Positions 54,230 to 64,000 of a stretch of 64,000 bases of DNA are shown one piece after another (position 1 is the stretch's first letter; the number at the start of each line of letters is the position of its first letter). The stretch is taken from IMG/VR virus record IMGVR_UViG_3300026165_000001, positions 1 through 64,000 of that record; one strand, given 5' to 3'. Origin of the DNA: a virus. Lineage: Duplodnaviria > Caudoviricetes. A program made the position numbers and the translations under genes. The notes beneath the pieces were generated by a model. The model saw only the letters and a program-made list of their open reading frames with translations, had not been told where the DNA came from and ran no database searches.

Positions 54230-54595
54230 ATGGCAACTTTCGTAGGATTTTCAACAGTTGGTAAACGAACAGGCACTCGAGTCCTTGAGGATAAAGAGTT
54301 GGCCAAGCGTGACTTGCTTAATCATTTTTACACACGAAGAGGTGAGCGACTTGGTGAACCTGAGTTCGGAAGCATCTTGCCAGAATTGATTTTTGAGCAA
54401 TTTGACCAATTGGTTGTTCAAGCCGCTGATGAAGACGTCAAAGCAATTATTGGTTTAGACCCGCGTTGGGAATTGATAGACTATCGTATCAATGAGGGCG
54501 ACAAAACGTTGACAATTGAAATACAATTGCGTTACGTCCCTGATCTCAGCGAAGATCGTTTGGTGTTGAAATACACTAGTGAAGAAGAGATTTAA
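54230..54595 (+). CDS. gp25: Baseplate wedge/sheath initiator (gp25-like)
   Basis: DLLNHFYTRRGERLGEPEFGS...DPR. Confidence 0.9.
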   Translation: MATFVGFSTVGKRTGTRVLEDKELAKRDLLNHFYTRRGERLGEPEFGSILPELIFEQFDQLVVQAADEDVKAIIGLDPRWELIDYRINEGDKTLTIEIQLRYVPDLSEDRLVLKYTSEEEI

Positions 54596-54598
54596 CAT

Positions 54599-57500
54599 AT
54601 GGCACAGAGTATCCGACAGAGAAATTTGTTTGCAGCAGAAGACTATCGTCTTGTATACGACAGTTTCAAACAAGCAAACTTTCAAGCATACGACTACGAC
54701 ACAATACGTGGCGCACTAGTTGATTATATTCAACAGCAATATCCAGAAAATTTCAATGACTGGATTCAATCCAGTGAATTTGTTGCGCTGATTGAAACAC
54801 TTGCGTTCCTTGCGCACAGTCTAGCCTTTCGTATTGACCAAGCAGGACGTGAAAACTTCCTTAGCACTGCGGAACGTCGTGCCAGCGTTTTGCGTATTGC
54901 TGATTTTCTAGGATACACACCAACACGTCATCAACCAGCTCGTGGTCATCTCAAAGTTACAGGCATCCGCACTACACAGGACGTTTTTGATATCAATGGT
55001 GATAGCCTTAAGAACCAGACAATTGATTTTGAAGACTCATATCAAAACTTTTTATTGGTGATGAATGAAGTATTGAGTGCTACAAATAAGTTTGGTAGAC
55101 CAAACAATAGTATAAGAATTGGCAACGTCAAGAACGACATTTACACCACCAATATTTCAAACAACCGTAATATTGTATTTGATATTCAAGGTGAGGTAAA
55201 TGGGGTGCGTCGTGGGTTTGAAGTGCACGGCACCAATATCAATCGTTCTACCAATACATTGGTTGAATCAGAACCTGATCCGACTGGCAGCTTTAACATC
55301 GTTTACAAAAATGACGGCCAGGGACTCGGTAGTAATGATACTGGATTTTTTGTGGGCTTCAAGCAAGGCACATTGCAATTTAATGATATCACAGCAGACG
55401 AAGCTGTTAGTAATCTCTTGATTGATCTTGGAGCAACCAATGTTAATAACAGTGATATTTGGGTTCAAAGTATTAATGATTCAGGTGAAATAGTAAACAG
55501 TTGGACTAAGGTGGATAGCGGATTTGGTGCTAACACTGTTTTTAACAACATACGACAAGATAACCGAAAACTCTACTCAGTAAAAACAGTAGATGAAGAC
55601 AACGTCAACATTATATTTGGTGATGGTGTCTTTAGCGAAATACCTCGTGGTATTATTCGAATTTGGTATCGCACTGGTATCAATCAGACATACACACTAG
55701 ATCCAGATGATATTGGAACAGTGACTTTTGGTTTCAACTATGATTCACCAGACAATAACACGTATAAGGTAACATTTACATGTGAATTGCAAGATCCAGT
55801 AACAAACGCATCTTCAGCAGAAACCATTACCAGCATTAAAAACAATGCCGGACGTGTTTTTGCTGCACAAGATAGAATGATCACTGCCAGTGATTACAGC
55901 GTTTATCCACTTACTGTTAGCGAGAATATTCGCAAAATCAAAGCAATTAATAGAACATATACCGGACATAGCAGATTTATTCGCGCACAAGATCCCACTG
56001 CAACCTACCAAAGCGTGGATCTCGTGTTTGATGATGGATATATCTATAGTGAAGGCTTGACATATCGAACAAATCTAGCGTTGCCTAGTAACCTCAGTGT
56101 TGATCAAATTTATTATCGCTTTATTGATGAAGCTATCTCAAATCCTGAAGTGATCAATTTGTTCTACAGCAAATATGAAGATGTCAGTGTAGATTTCAAC
56201 AACGTGAGCACAAGCTATGAGTGGCAACAAATTACAAGTGGTTATAGAGGCTCAACTGGTTATTTAACACGGGGAAGTGTTATTCAAAAGATTGGGTCAA
56301 ATGCTACAAACGATCTAAACGATGCTCGCCCAGGAAGCATTGTAGAATTTGTGGAATCACCATACAATAGCGGCACGCTGGGCGAGCCAGGTGATTCTCT
56401 CACAATTATAAATGCTGGTTCAGGATATACGAGTGCACCTACTGTTACCATTCGCGGAACAGGAACAGGCGCTGAAGCCACAGCCACGATAAATGGCGGT
56501 CAGATTTCTGGCGTGACGTTAACGGCAGGCGGAGCAGGATATCAAAACCCTGTTGTCGTTGAAATCACCGGCGGGGGTGGTAGCGGCGCGGCGGCCGTAG
56601 CTCGTGCCCAGTCAGCGGCTAAGACATGGGCTCGTGTAGTTGATGTCGTATCAGATGGACAGGGTATCAATGACAGTAATGGCAATCCTACTGGCCTCAC
56701 ATCACGTGGACAGGGGGCAGTGGTTCTCAATAAGGTCATTCCCAACACTGCTCGTGTAAGTCGTGTGTTTCCAGCATACAAAACACAATTTAGTGACGAA
56801 GAAAGAAACAATATTCTTGATGAGCTAGCAAACCTAAACTCATTTGGTTTGCGTTATGATGAAACTGCTAGCGAATGGAAAATCATACGCTCAGGTGATC
56901 TTCCGACAACTGATGAAAACAATCCAGATAATTTCAGCTTTGAAAATGCTGGTGATTTGAGTAATTCAAACAATGACCATAGTTGGATCATGCGAGTTAA
57001 TTATAGTGCAAGTCGTTGGGAATTTATTTCACGGCGACAGCGATTTGTTTATGGATCCGACGAAAAAATTCGCTTCTTTAATCAAAACGGCAAGAGACGA
57101 TTCAATGTAGAAACAAACAAACCAGAACGCGATGCAATTGTTGTGTCACGAATTAACACAAAGCCAAACGGTAGCCTATTTCCTCTAGAAGAAGATTTGA
57201 CTTTCTTTGCTTACCGTTATTTCACAGAACCAGACGGATACACAGACAATCGAAAAGTAATCGTTACACTGGCTGATGTTGACAATGACAATTATCCAGA
57301 TAATCCTCTTGCATTTAAAACACTATCTGGCAATAACAATATTGCACTGGGAACCGTGACGGAAGACGGAAATGAATACACTGTGAGAACAGAAACTGGA
57401 ACAGAAGTGCCAGGACGCAGCAATTTGACTGCGACGTGGCGCCGCATTAGCACTAGTCGTTATCGCATTGATCCAAGTCTTTCAAATATTATTGATGTGT

Positions 57501-58024
57501 TCGTTCTTAACCAGAATTATGACACTAAATATCGAGAGTGGATTGCAGATAGCAGAAAAGAATCAGAACGCCCAGAAACCCCAACCGAAGTGGAATTGGA
57601 AAAACAATTTGCGGCACTAGATTCCAAGAAAGCAATTAGTGATTCAATTGTTTATCGAGCAGCAGAATACAAGGTGTTGTTCGGTGAATTGGCTGATTTG
57701 GAATTGCAAGGTAAGTTTAAGATCGTGAAAGTTTCTGGAACAACATTGACAGACAATGAAATCAAGTCAAGAGTATTAACTGCAATTCAAAATTTCTTTG
57801 ATATCAATAATTGGGATTTTGGTGAGACGTTCTACTTTACAGAGTTGAGCGCCTATATTCACCAACAACTTCCTGGTGTCATTAGCAGTGTGGTTTTGGT
57901 TCCATTGGCAACCAACAGTCAATTTGGTGACTTATTCCAGATCGGACCAGACAGCAATGAATTGTTTATTCCAGACGTAACACTAACTGATATCGAAATT
58001 GTCGATTCATTGAATTCAATATAA
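54599..58024 (+). CDS. gp6: Baseplate wedge subunit (gp6-like)
   Basis: YDYDTIR...PENFNDWIQSSE...RENFLSTAERRASV, FGDGVF, QDRMITASDY, WDFGETFY. Confidence 0.85.
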   Translation: MAQSIRQRNLFAAEDYRLVYDSFKQANFQAYDYDTIRGALVDYIQQQYPENFNDWIQSSEFVALIETLAFLAHSLAFRIDQAGRENFLSTAERRASVLRIADFLGYTPTRHQPARGHLKVTGIRTTQDVFDINGDSLKNQTIDFEDSYQNFLLVMNEVLSATNKFGRPNNSIRIGNVKNDIYTTNISNNRNIVFDIQGEVNGVRRGFEVHGTNINRSTNTLVESEPDPTGSFNIVYKNDGQGLGSNDTGFFVGFKQGTLQFNDITADEAVSNLLIDLGATNVNNSDIWVQSINDSGEIVNSWTKVDSGFGANTVFNNIRQDNRKLYSVKTVDEDNVNIIFGDGVFSEIPRGIIRIWYRTGINQTYTLDPDDIGTVTFGFNYDSPDNNTYKVTFTCELQDPVTNASSAETITSIKNNAGRVFAAQDRMITASDYSVYPLTVSENIRKIKAINRTYTGHSRFIRAQDPTATYQSVDLVFDDGYIYSEGLTYRTNLALPSNLSVDQIYYRFIDEAISNPEVINLFYSKYEDVSVDFNNVSTSYEWQQITSGYRGSTGYLTRGSVIQKIGSNATNDLNDARPGSIVEFVESPYNSGTLGEPGDSLTIINAGSGYTSAPTVTIRGTGTGAEATATINGGQISGVTLTAGGAGYQNPVVVEITGGGGSGAAAVARAQSAAKTWARVVDVVSDGQGINDSNGNPTGLTSRGQGAVVLNKVIPNTARVSRVFPAYKTQFSDEERNNILDELANLNSFGLRYDETASEWKIIRSGDLPTTDENNPDNFSFENAGDLSNSNNDHSWIMRVNYSASRWEFISRRQRFVYGSDEKIRFFNQNGKRRFNVETNKPERDAIVVSRINTKPNGSLFPLEEDLTFFAYRYFTEPDGYTDNRKVIVTLADVDNDNYPDNPLAFKTLSGNNNIALGTVTEDGNEYTVRTETGTEVPGRSNLTATWRRISTSRYRIDPSLSNIIDVFVLNQNYDTKYREWIADSRKESERPETPTEVELEKQFAALDSKKAISDSIVYRAAEYKVLFGELADLELQGKFKIVKVSGTTLTDNEIKSRVLTAIQNFFDINNWDFGETFYFTELSAYIHQQLPGVISSVVLVPLATNSQFGDLFQIGPDSNELFIPDVTLTDIEIVDSLNSI

Positions 58025-58033
58025 GGTAAATTG

Positions 58034-61000
58034 ATGGCAAAAGATTATAGCGCCAACCCAAAAGACGTAAAAAACTTCACACAAGGGGCTGAAGTTGGAC
58101 TGGATCAAAGCTTTCAGGACTATAGTGAGTTTCTGCCCTTTATCAATAGAACAGAATCACTTGAGCGTTTCTTTGGCAGCACTGTCAATCAACTTCTAAG
58201 TTCTGGATCAACTCAGAGTATTGACGCATACTGGGGTCGGCTTGCAGGAAGAAACTATAACCCAAATAACGAACTCTTTCAGTTTGAGCCTGATGCCACA
58301 CGTCTTAACTATCAATTCCAGCCTGGCACAGTGAGCCGTGTTGAAGGCCAAACTGAACAAACTGTTAGTTACATCAATTGGCTCAAGCGTCTCGAAAGTC
58401 TTGGTGCTGATATTAATAACCATGATCGACTTTTCAGTGAGCTGGGATATGTGCTAGACTTGCCAATTAATGCAGATATGTTGATGAATTATCGCAATTA
58501 TTATTGGTTAGAAGGACAAATACCAACAATTGTAATTGAACCCACAGTTGACGATCCAATTGTCATTGATGATATCGTTAAGTTTTCATTCTATACAACT
58601 CCAGAATTGTCAAACTACAAGACTGTTGAGTTTGTGACTGGTTTGCGTGTTAAATTCACAGGCGATTATGTTTCAAGTACGAGCGGAGATTATTTTGCTG
58701 ATTATACATATTCAGTTGAAAATGTGGGCGGTGAAGGAGGAATTAAACTTGTGCCAGTTATTGATGATACTGGTGACAATCTATTCCCGAGCACCACTCC
58801 TTATGAGATAGAAATCCGCGAAGGCTGGGATATATTTGATTATGATACAACACCATTCGATGGCATCGCGCCATTCGATCCATACGACGTCACAACTAAT
58901 CGTGATCGTGAAGATCTAAATCTTAACACTACATATATTGTAATGGAACGTTGGGCAGCCGATAAAAATCCTTGGGCCAGAACAAACAAGTGGTATAGCC
59001 TACATGCAATTGACATCATGGCAGAGTATAATGGCGTTAATGTTGAGGCATATAAAAACGCCTTTACCCGCGCCAATAGACCAATTATTGAATTCCGTGC
59101 AAACATGGAGCTCACAAACTTTTGTGGTAATTTTGCTGGCACAGTTGATTACGCAGTAAGCATCGACCAAGCAAGCCAAATTGGAGACTCAGGCGGATCT
59201 TTCCAAGTCGATAGTGAAAACTCATTGGAAGATGGCGATGTTATTTTTGTTGGTAAACCAGAAACAAATGGTATCCAGCTTGTTGAATTTAATCAAGACT
59301 TCAACAGTGACTTCGACAGCGGCCCAGCACTGAGCGGCGCGTTTGGTCCTCCATATAGCAGCGCATTTGACGTTGGTGTGGCAATTACATTGAATCAAAA
59401 CGCATACCAAGTCAGTATTGTTAGTAATACAATTACATTGACGCCACTTTCACCATATAATGACGGCGATTATGTGATTGTCACTAAGGGAGAACAAAAA
59501 GGATTTGTCTATTGCTTTACAGAGGCTGATGGTTGGCAAGTCGCACAAAATAAAGAATCACGAGGTGATTTCCCGCTATTCAAGCTATATGATGACGAAC
59601 TAATTGATCTTGAAAGTTACGAAAATACAGACTTTGTTGGTGAAAAGATCTTTGGATATCGAGAAAATCCAACAGGCGGATTTGATCGTGAACTAGGATT
59701 TAGTCCATCATTTACGCAGCAAGGATCATTTAACGATTATGAATTTGAATGGACACTTAGCACAAACCGTTATAGTCGTGATGTAACAGTGGACAATTCA
59801 ACTGAAATTCGTGGATACTATTTCTGGCGAGATCGAGTTGAAAACAAATATTATAATGGATGGACACAAGTCCGTGGTGGACAGCGTGTTCCTATTATCC
59901 AAACACAAGTCGCCGACGGAACAAACCAGCCTACATTTGAACTAGGAACAACAGCAGTCAGTCATCCCACTGAATACACTGTGGTTTTCCAGGACGATGA
60001 ATATCGTTGGCACGAACACAGTTATATTGATCGTCATCCTATCGGTGAACCAAATCCAACAATGGTTTGGCGCTATGATACTGATTACAATATCAATACG
60101 TTGATTGAAAACTCTAGCGATTCCTTGGAGTTTGTGCGAGCAATTTCTTATGCTTCAGATACTGTTTCCAGTATTACTTTAGCTAGTGCAACACCGGTTG
60201 AGATCACAGTTGCAGATACATCACAGCTAAAGACTGGTGACCGTGCCACATTTACAAATGTAACAGGAACAACCGAACTCAATGGGAATACTTATGAAAT
60301 CACAGTTGTTAACTCAACTACATTTACACTAGATGGAACAGATGGTGATGATTTCAGTGCTTATGTAAGTGATGGCGACATTACATATGGTGATGGAGAT
60401 ATCACTGTTACTGTAACAGATGATCTAAACACAACTGTAAATGTATCCAGCAGCTATGTATATGGAAAGATATTGTATCGCAATACTAATGATTCAACCA
60501 TTCAGGGAGAGATTTTCCTTTCTGATGAAAATCAAAATAGATACTCTGTAATTCGCAATGGTCGTTATCTCGTAGAAGATGTTGATTACGCATTTAGTGG
60601 CACAACAATTACCGTGACTGCGGAATGCAGTGAGGACGATGTTCTTGAACTAATTTATATTGCTGATGCAGATCTAGAAAATGTTGTTTATGATGTGGCT
60701 CCTATTCACTTCTACAATAACGATAACAAACCATTCACGTTTGTGGGTTATGACGATCTAACAAATCACTTTGCACGACAAATGTCTGCAATGCCAGGAT
60801 TTGATGGTGATGTATTTGGCATTAACAACTACCATAACACGGTGCGACAGCATTCATATGACGGCTTGATTAGACAGCAAATCTTCTCAAGCAAGCGTGT
60901 GCAATATCTAATAGATCAAGAGTCTATTAATCCAGTTCGTGCACTCAAAAATATTTCACGTGATTATGCTGATTTCAAGAAATACTTTATTAATAAAGTT

Positions 61001-64000
61001 CGACAATTGTGGAATACAAATGAATGGTCAACTGTTAGAGAATTGGTTGACCGAGCAATTTCTGACATCAATATTGGAAAAAGCGACGAATTCAAATATG
61101 CACATAGTGACATGGCATATGCTAAACAATTCAGAAGCATTGAACACACAATAACAAATAGCGATACTGAATATGCTATGCCCAGTGTGGTTAACGTTTA
61201 TAATGATCGACAAAACCATATACAAGTCTGGCTAAAGGAATATGATTCAGTGACAAGCCAGTTCATTGAACGTCCGTTGGTCAAGGATATTGATTATACA
61301 ATTAACGGTCCAAATATTGTTTTGACCAGCCCGGCTGAATTTAGTGGTAATGTTGTAAACAGTTCAGATAATGTTGTAAACAGTTCAGACAATGTCATTG
61401 TTGGTGAACCAACCGGTGGACCAGCAACTCTTACCATACGTTGGTATAGTGTAAATCAACTGAGTCATATTCCGCCAAGTGCAGTCAAACTAGGATTCTT
61501 CCGTCCAACACAAATTGAATTTACAGATGGTGTATTGATTGGACATGACGGAAGTCGTTATACTGCAACAAACACAGATATCACCAACACAAAAAGTGTT
61601 GACTTTGATGTTGTCGCGGCTGCACTATACGATTATGAGTTGCGAGTATTCAATAACTTGGTTGATGGACACTTCCTAAGCGATACACAATACAATTATG
61701 AAATGGGGGAATTTTATCCAAACCCTGATGGCGAGTTTGCTTATGATGTATCAGATATCAATGATCGACTCGATGACTGGTATAACCGTTGGGCTATCCG
61801 CAACAGCGTAACTGAAATTGACACGGTTGCTTATGATGCTGGTGATGAATTTACTTGGAATTACAGCACGGTTGGTCCTGAACTGGGTAGCTGGCGCAGC
61901 ATATACACTTATTACTTTGGAACAGATCGCCCACACACACATCCTTGGGAGATGCTCGGACACCGCATCAAGCCTACATGGTGGGATGCAACTTATAGTT
62001 GGACGGCGGGACCTTTGCGTGATGCATTGATTTCAGCCTTGAAGTTCGGCAAAACAGGAGACACAAGCGGTCCTGATAAGATTGATTTGCGTTATGCTCG
62101 TAGCAGCTATGATTGGGACGATGAAACCCTGGTCAGTGATGATGGTTCAGCAACCTTAAATGGTCCTGACACCGCAGGCGTTGTTAGCACACCAGCGAGT
62201 ATTGATGCTGCACGTGATTTTGTTTTTGGTGATTGGAGTGAAACAGAGGATAGATGGCGTAAGAGTAGTGAATATCTTTTTGCGCTTGCTGAAGTCTATT
62301 TGCAACTCAAGCCATACAGGACACACGAGCTATTTTGGTTCCTACATCGTTACAATATTAATCGCAACGTAACACAAGAACAGTGGGTCAATATTGATTA
62401 TTGTATTCGTGCATATAATCAAGAATTGCACAACCAAAAAGTCAAAGACGGTGTTATCGCTAGTATACGTGTCGTTAATGGCGGAACAGGATATACATTC
62501 CTTGATCTTGAATTTGAACAAGGACCCATTTGTTATCGTATTGCTGAAGCACAAGCCTATACATCTGCAGGACGTGTGGTGGCTGTAGCAGTTACAGATC
62601 CAGGACGAGGCTTTGCTAGTGATCCAGTGGTCAATTTGAATGGTCCTCCAAGCGGTTCCGGTGTTGAGTTAGAGTATGTTATTATTTCTGATCTATACTT
62701 CACACACCTAGGATTCAACACTCTTCCAGCAGAAGAATATGTAGTGGTAAATCCAGACTCAACAGACCTAGCTGAACGACTTGATGGCCTTGATATCAAT
62801 TACATGCTACATGTTGGAGGATTTACTGACAAGCGCATACTTGCTATTGAGTTGGATGGTGATTATGATAGTGGTGTTGTTCGTATTCCAGAAACAAGCT
62901 ACGACATTCTAATTGATCGCAATGCTCCAATCAAAACAGCATTTTATTCAGGTGTTCGAATCGATAAAGAGGACGTTGGTTACCGCGTGAGTGGTTACGA
63001 TCTTGATAGTGAATTCTTCAATTATCTTCTGCCATCAACAGCAGGCAAACAGATAAGTGTTGATATTGGAAATACTGAGGTTGTGAAACATCTCAACTGG
63101 AGAAACGAGGTAGCACGAATTCCTTACAATACAGTGCTCCTCAAGCGCCAAGAACTGTATCAGTTCTTGCTGGGACTTGGCAAATACTATGAAAGCATTG
63201 GTTTTGATGCATATACACAATGGGAAGTGGAAGCCAGAGCAGCGATTGAATGGGCATTGGGAACCGACACTGATCCTTTCTATGTGAATGGTATTAATGA
63301 TACAATCAGTTATCATCAAGGAACACGTGGCGTTGTGCAAACAATCGACGTCAATTACGATGGTGTGCCCAACTTGCTTGATCAAAATTTTAAGAATATT
63401 CGACGCAATGAAACACTTGTTTTGAGAGATAATGATAAAACTGAAATCTCAATCAAGAACGGCGAAGATAGAATTTATGGTCTAGGTGTTCGTGTTATTG
63501 AATTTGAACACATCATTACCATTGATAATGTTACATCATTCAATGACGAATTTTATATTCCTGAGTTGGGTGTTGGTCAAAACCGTGTCCGCCTAGTAGG
63601 CGAAAGAACAAGAAATTGGAACGGTCGTGTTGAGGCGGTTGGATACCTTGTGCAAGATACAGGACTTGTTCTCAATATAGAAAGCAGCGTTCGTGAGCTT
63701 GAACAGGACTGGATGACATCTGACAGTAAAGCACTTGAGCGTTTGACACGTCAAACTCGTGGATACAATGTTGGATATTCAAAACCAACATACATGACCA
63801 ATACTTTTGTTAGCGACCGTTCAGGTTATGCGTTTGAAAAGGGTTTGAGAAAATACCGCGGCACTGCTAGCGCAATCGAAGCCATGACCAGGAACAAGAA
63901 CATTTTTGGTCAAGAATTTGAGCATGAACTATATGAAAACTGGATGGTAAGACTGGGAGATTTTGGTGACGTTAGTGAACGCAACCCGATTGAATTCCAA
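58034..64000 (+). CDS. Giant baseplate/virion structural protein (gp7-like position), runs off the right edge
   Basis: ATG 58034 MAKDYSANPKDV...FLPFINRTESLERFFGSTVNQL. The same frame is open at spot checks (59282, 60161) and at the edge (FGDVSERNPIEFQ). Absent from the track, consistent with having no stop in the window. Confidence 0.85.
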   Translation, partial: MAKDYSANPKDVKNFTQGAEVGLDQSFQDYSEFLPFINRTESLERFFGSTVNQLLSSGSTQSIDAYWGRLAGRNYNPNNELFQFEPDATRLNYQFQPGTVSRVEGQTEQTVSYINWLKRLESLGADINNHDRLFSELGYVLDLPINADMLMNYRNYYWLEGQIPTIVIEPTVDDPIVIDDIVKFSFYTTPELSNYKTVEFVTGLRVKFTGDYVSSTSGDYFADYTYSVENVGGEGGIKLVPVIDDTGDNLFPSTTPYEIEIREGWDIFDYDTTPFDGIAPFDPYDVTTNRDREDLNLNTTYIVMERWAADKNPWARTNKWYSLHAIDIMAEYNGVNVEAYKNAFTRANRPIIEFRANMELTNFCGNFAGTVDYAVSIDQASQIGDSGGSFQVDSENSLEDGDVIFVGKPETNGIQLVEFNQDFNSDFDSGPALSGAFGPPYSSAFDVGVAITLNQNAYQVSIVSNTITLTPLSPYNDGDYVIVTKGEQKGFVYCFTEADGWQVAQNKESRGDFPLFKLYDDELIDLESYENTDFVGEKIFGYRENPTGGFDRELGFSPSFTQQGSFNDYEFEWTLSTNRYSRDVTVDNSTEIRGYYFWRDRVENKYYNGWTQVRGGQRVPIIQTQVADGTNQPTFELGTTAVSHPTEYTVVFQDDEYRWHEHSYIDRHPIGEPNPTMVWRYDTDYNINTLIENSSDSLEFVRAISYASDTVSSITLASATPVEITVADTSQLKTGDRATFTNVTGTTELNGNTYEITVVNSTTFTLDGTDGDDFSAYVSDGDITYGDGDITVTVTDDLNTTVNVSSSYVYGKILYRNTNDSTIQGEIFLSDENQNRYSVIRNGRYLVEDVDYAFSGTTITVTAECSEDDVLELIYIADADLENVVYDVAPIHFYNNDNKPFTFVGYDDLTNHFARQMSAMPGFDGDVFGINNYHNTVRQHSYDGLIRQQIFSSKRVQYLIDQESINPVRALKNISRDYADFKKYFINKVRQLWNTNEWSTVRELVDRAISDINIGKSDEFKYAHSDMAYAKQFRSIEHTITNSDTEYAMPSVVNVYNDRQNHIQVWLKEYDSVTSQFIERPLVKDIDYTINGPNIVLTSPAEFSGNVVNSSDNVVNSSDNVIVGEPTGGPATLTIRWYSVNQLSHIPPSAVKLGFFRPTQIEFTDGVLIGHDGSRYTATNTDITNTKSVDFDVVAAALYDYELRVFNNLVDGHFLSDTQYNYEMGEFYPNPDGEFAYDVSDINDRLDDWYNRWAIRNSVTEIDTVAYDAGDEFTWNYSTVGPELGSWRSIYTYYFGTDRPHTHPWEMLGHRIKPTWWDATYSWTAGPLRDALISALKFGKTGDTSGPDKIDLRYARSSYDWDDETLVSDDGSATLNGPDTAGVVSTPASIDAARDFVFGDWSETEDRWRKSSEYLFALAEVYLQLKPYRTHELFWFLHRYNINRNVTQEQWVNIDYCIRAYNQELHNQKVKDGVIASIRVVNGGTGYTFLDLEFEQGPICYRIAEAQAYTSAGRVVAVAVTDPGRGFASDPVVNLNGPPSGSGVELEYVIISDLYFTHLGFNTLPAEEYVVVNPDSTDLAERLDGLDINYMLHVGGFTDKRILAIELDGDYDSGVVRIPETSYDILIDRNAPIKTAFYSGVRIDKEDVGYRVSGYDLDSEFFNYLLPSTAGKQISVDIGNTEVVKHLNWRNEVARIPYNTVLLKRQELYQFLLGLGKYYESIGFDAYTQWEVEARAAIEWALGTDTDPFYVNGINDTISYHQGTRGVVQTIDVNYDGVPNLLDQNFKNIRRNETLVLRDNDKTEISIKNGEDRIYGLGVRVIEFEHIITIDNVTSFNDEFYIPELGVGQNRVRLVGERTRNWNGRVEAVGYLVQDTGLVLNIESSVRELEQDWMTSDSKALERLTRQTRGYNVGYSKPTYMTNTFVSDRSGYAFEKGLRKYRGTASAIEAMTRNKNIFGQEFEHELYENWMVRLGDFGDVSERNPIEFQ
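61349..61396 (+). repeat. 21-bp in-frame tandem repeat (NVVNSSD x2 plus partial)
   Basis: AATGTTGTAAACAGTTCAGA(T/C) twice, then AATGTC. Confidence 0.85.

Noticed and set aside
1-64000. Stop-codon reassignment
   Set aside because: Core genes are full length in the standard code and TAA, TGA and TAG all serve as stops.

Overview
This 64 kb window is the virion-morphogenesis and recombination core of a large, distantly T4-related myovirus, probably jumbo-sized, using the standard genetic code. It carries uvsY/uvsX/gp32, both terminase subunits, tail tube and sheath, dNMP kinase, neck gp13/14/15 and tail fibres. It also carries capsid gp23, scaffold, protease and portal, a tape-measure-like gene, gp46/47, a gp55-like late sigma factor and baseplate genes. 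The window ends inside a >1989-codon baseplate ORF that the supplied track misses. All product calls come from motif recognition and synteny; no database searches were run. The most notable signals not explained by that gene list are: (1) three candidate structured non-coding RNAs, two of them stand-alone + strand sigma70 units (14.3-14.6 kb, 32.9-33.1 kb) and one ~360-nt multi-stem element at 42.7-43.05 kb beside GCGAAGC mini-hairpins and an AT-rich tract (possible origin); (2) an apparent two-motif addressing code for head-packaged cargo proteins, including an ADP-ribosyltransferase-like protein and two GNATs; (3) a MotA/ExbB + ExbD-like membrane trio between sheath and tube; (4) a -1 frameshift joining the gp26-like and gp51-like ORFs; (5) an ArfA-like peptide; (6) leaderless late mRNAs; and (7) a repeated early promoter/operator cassette.
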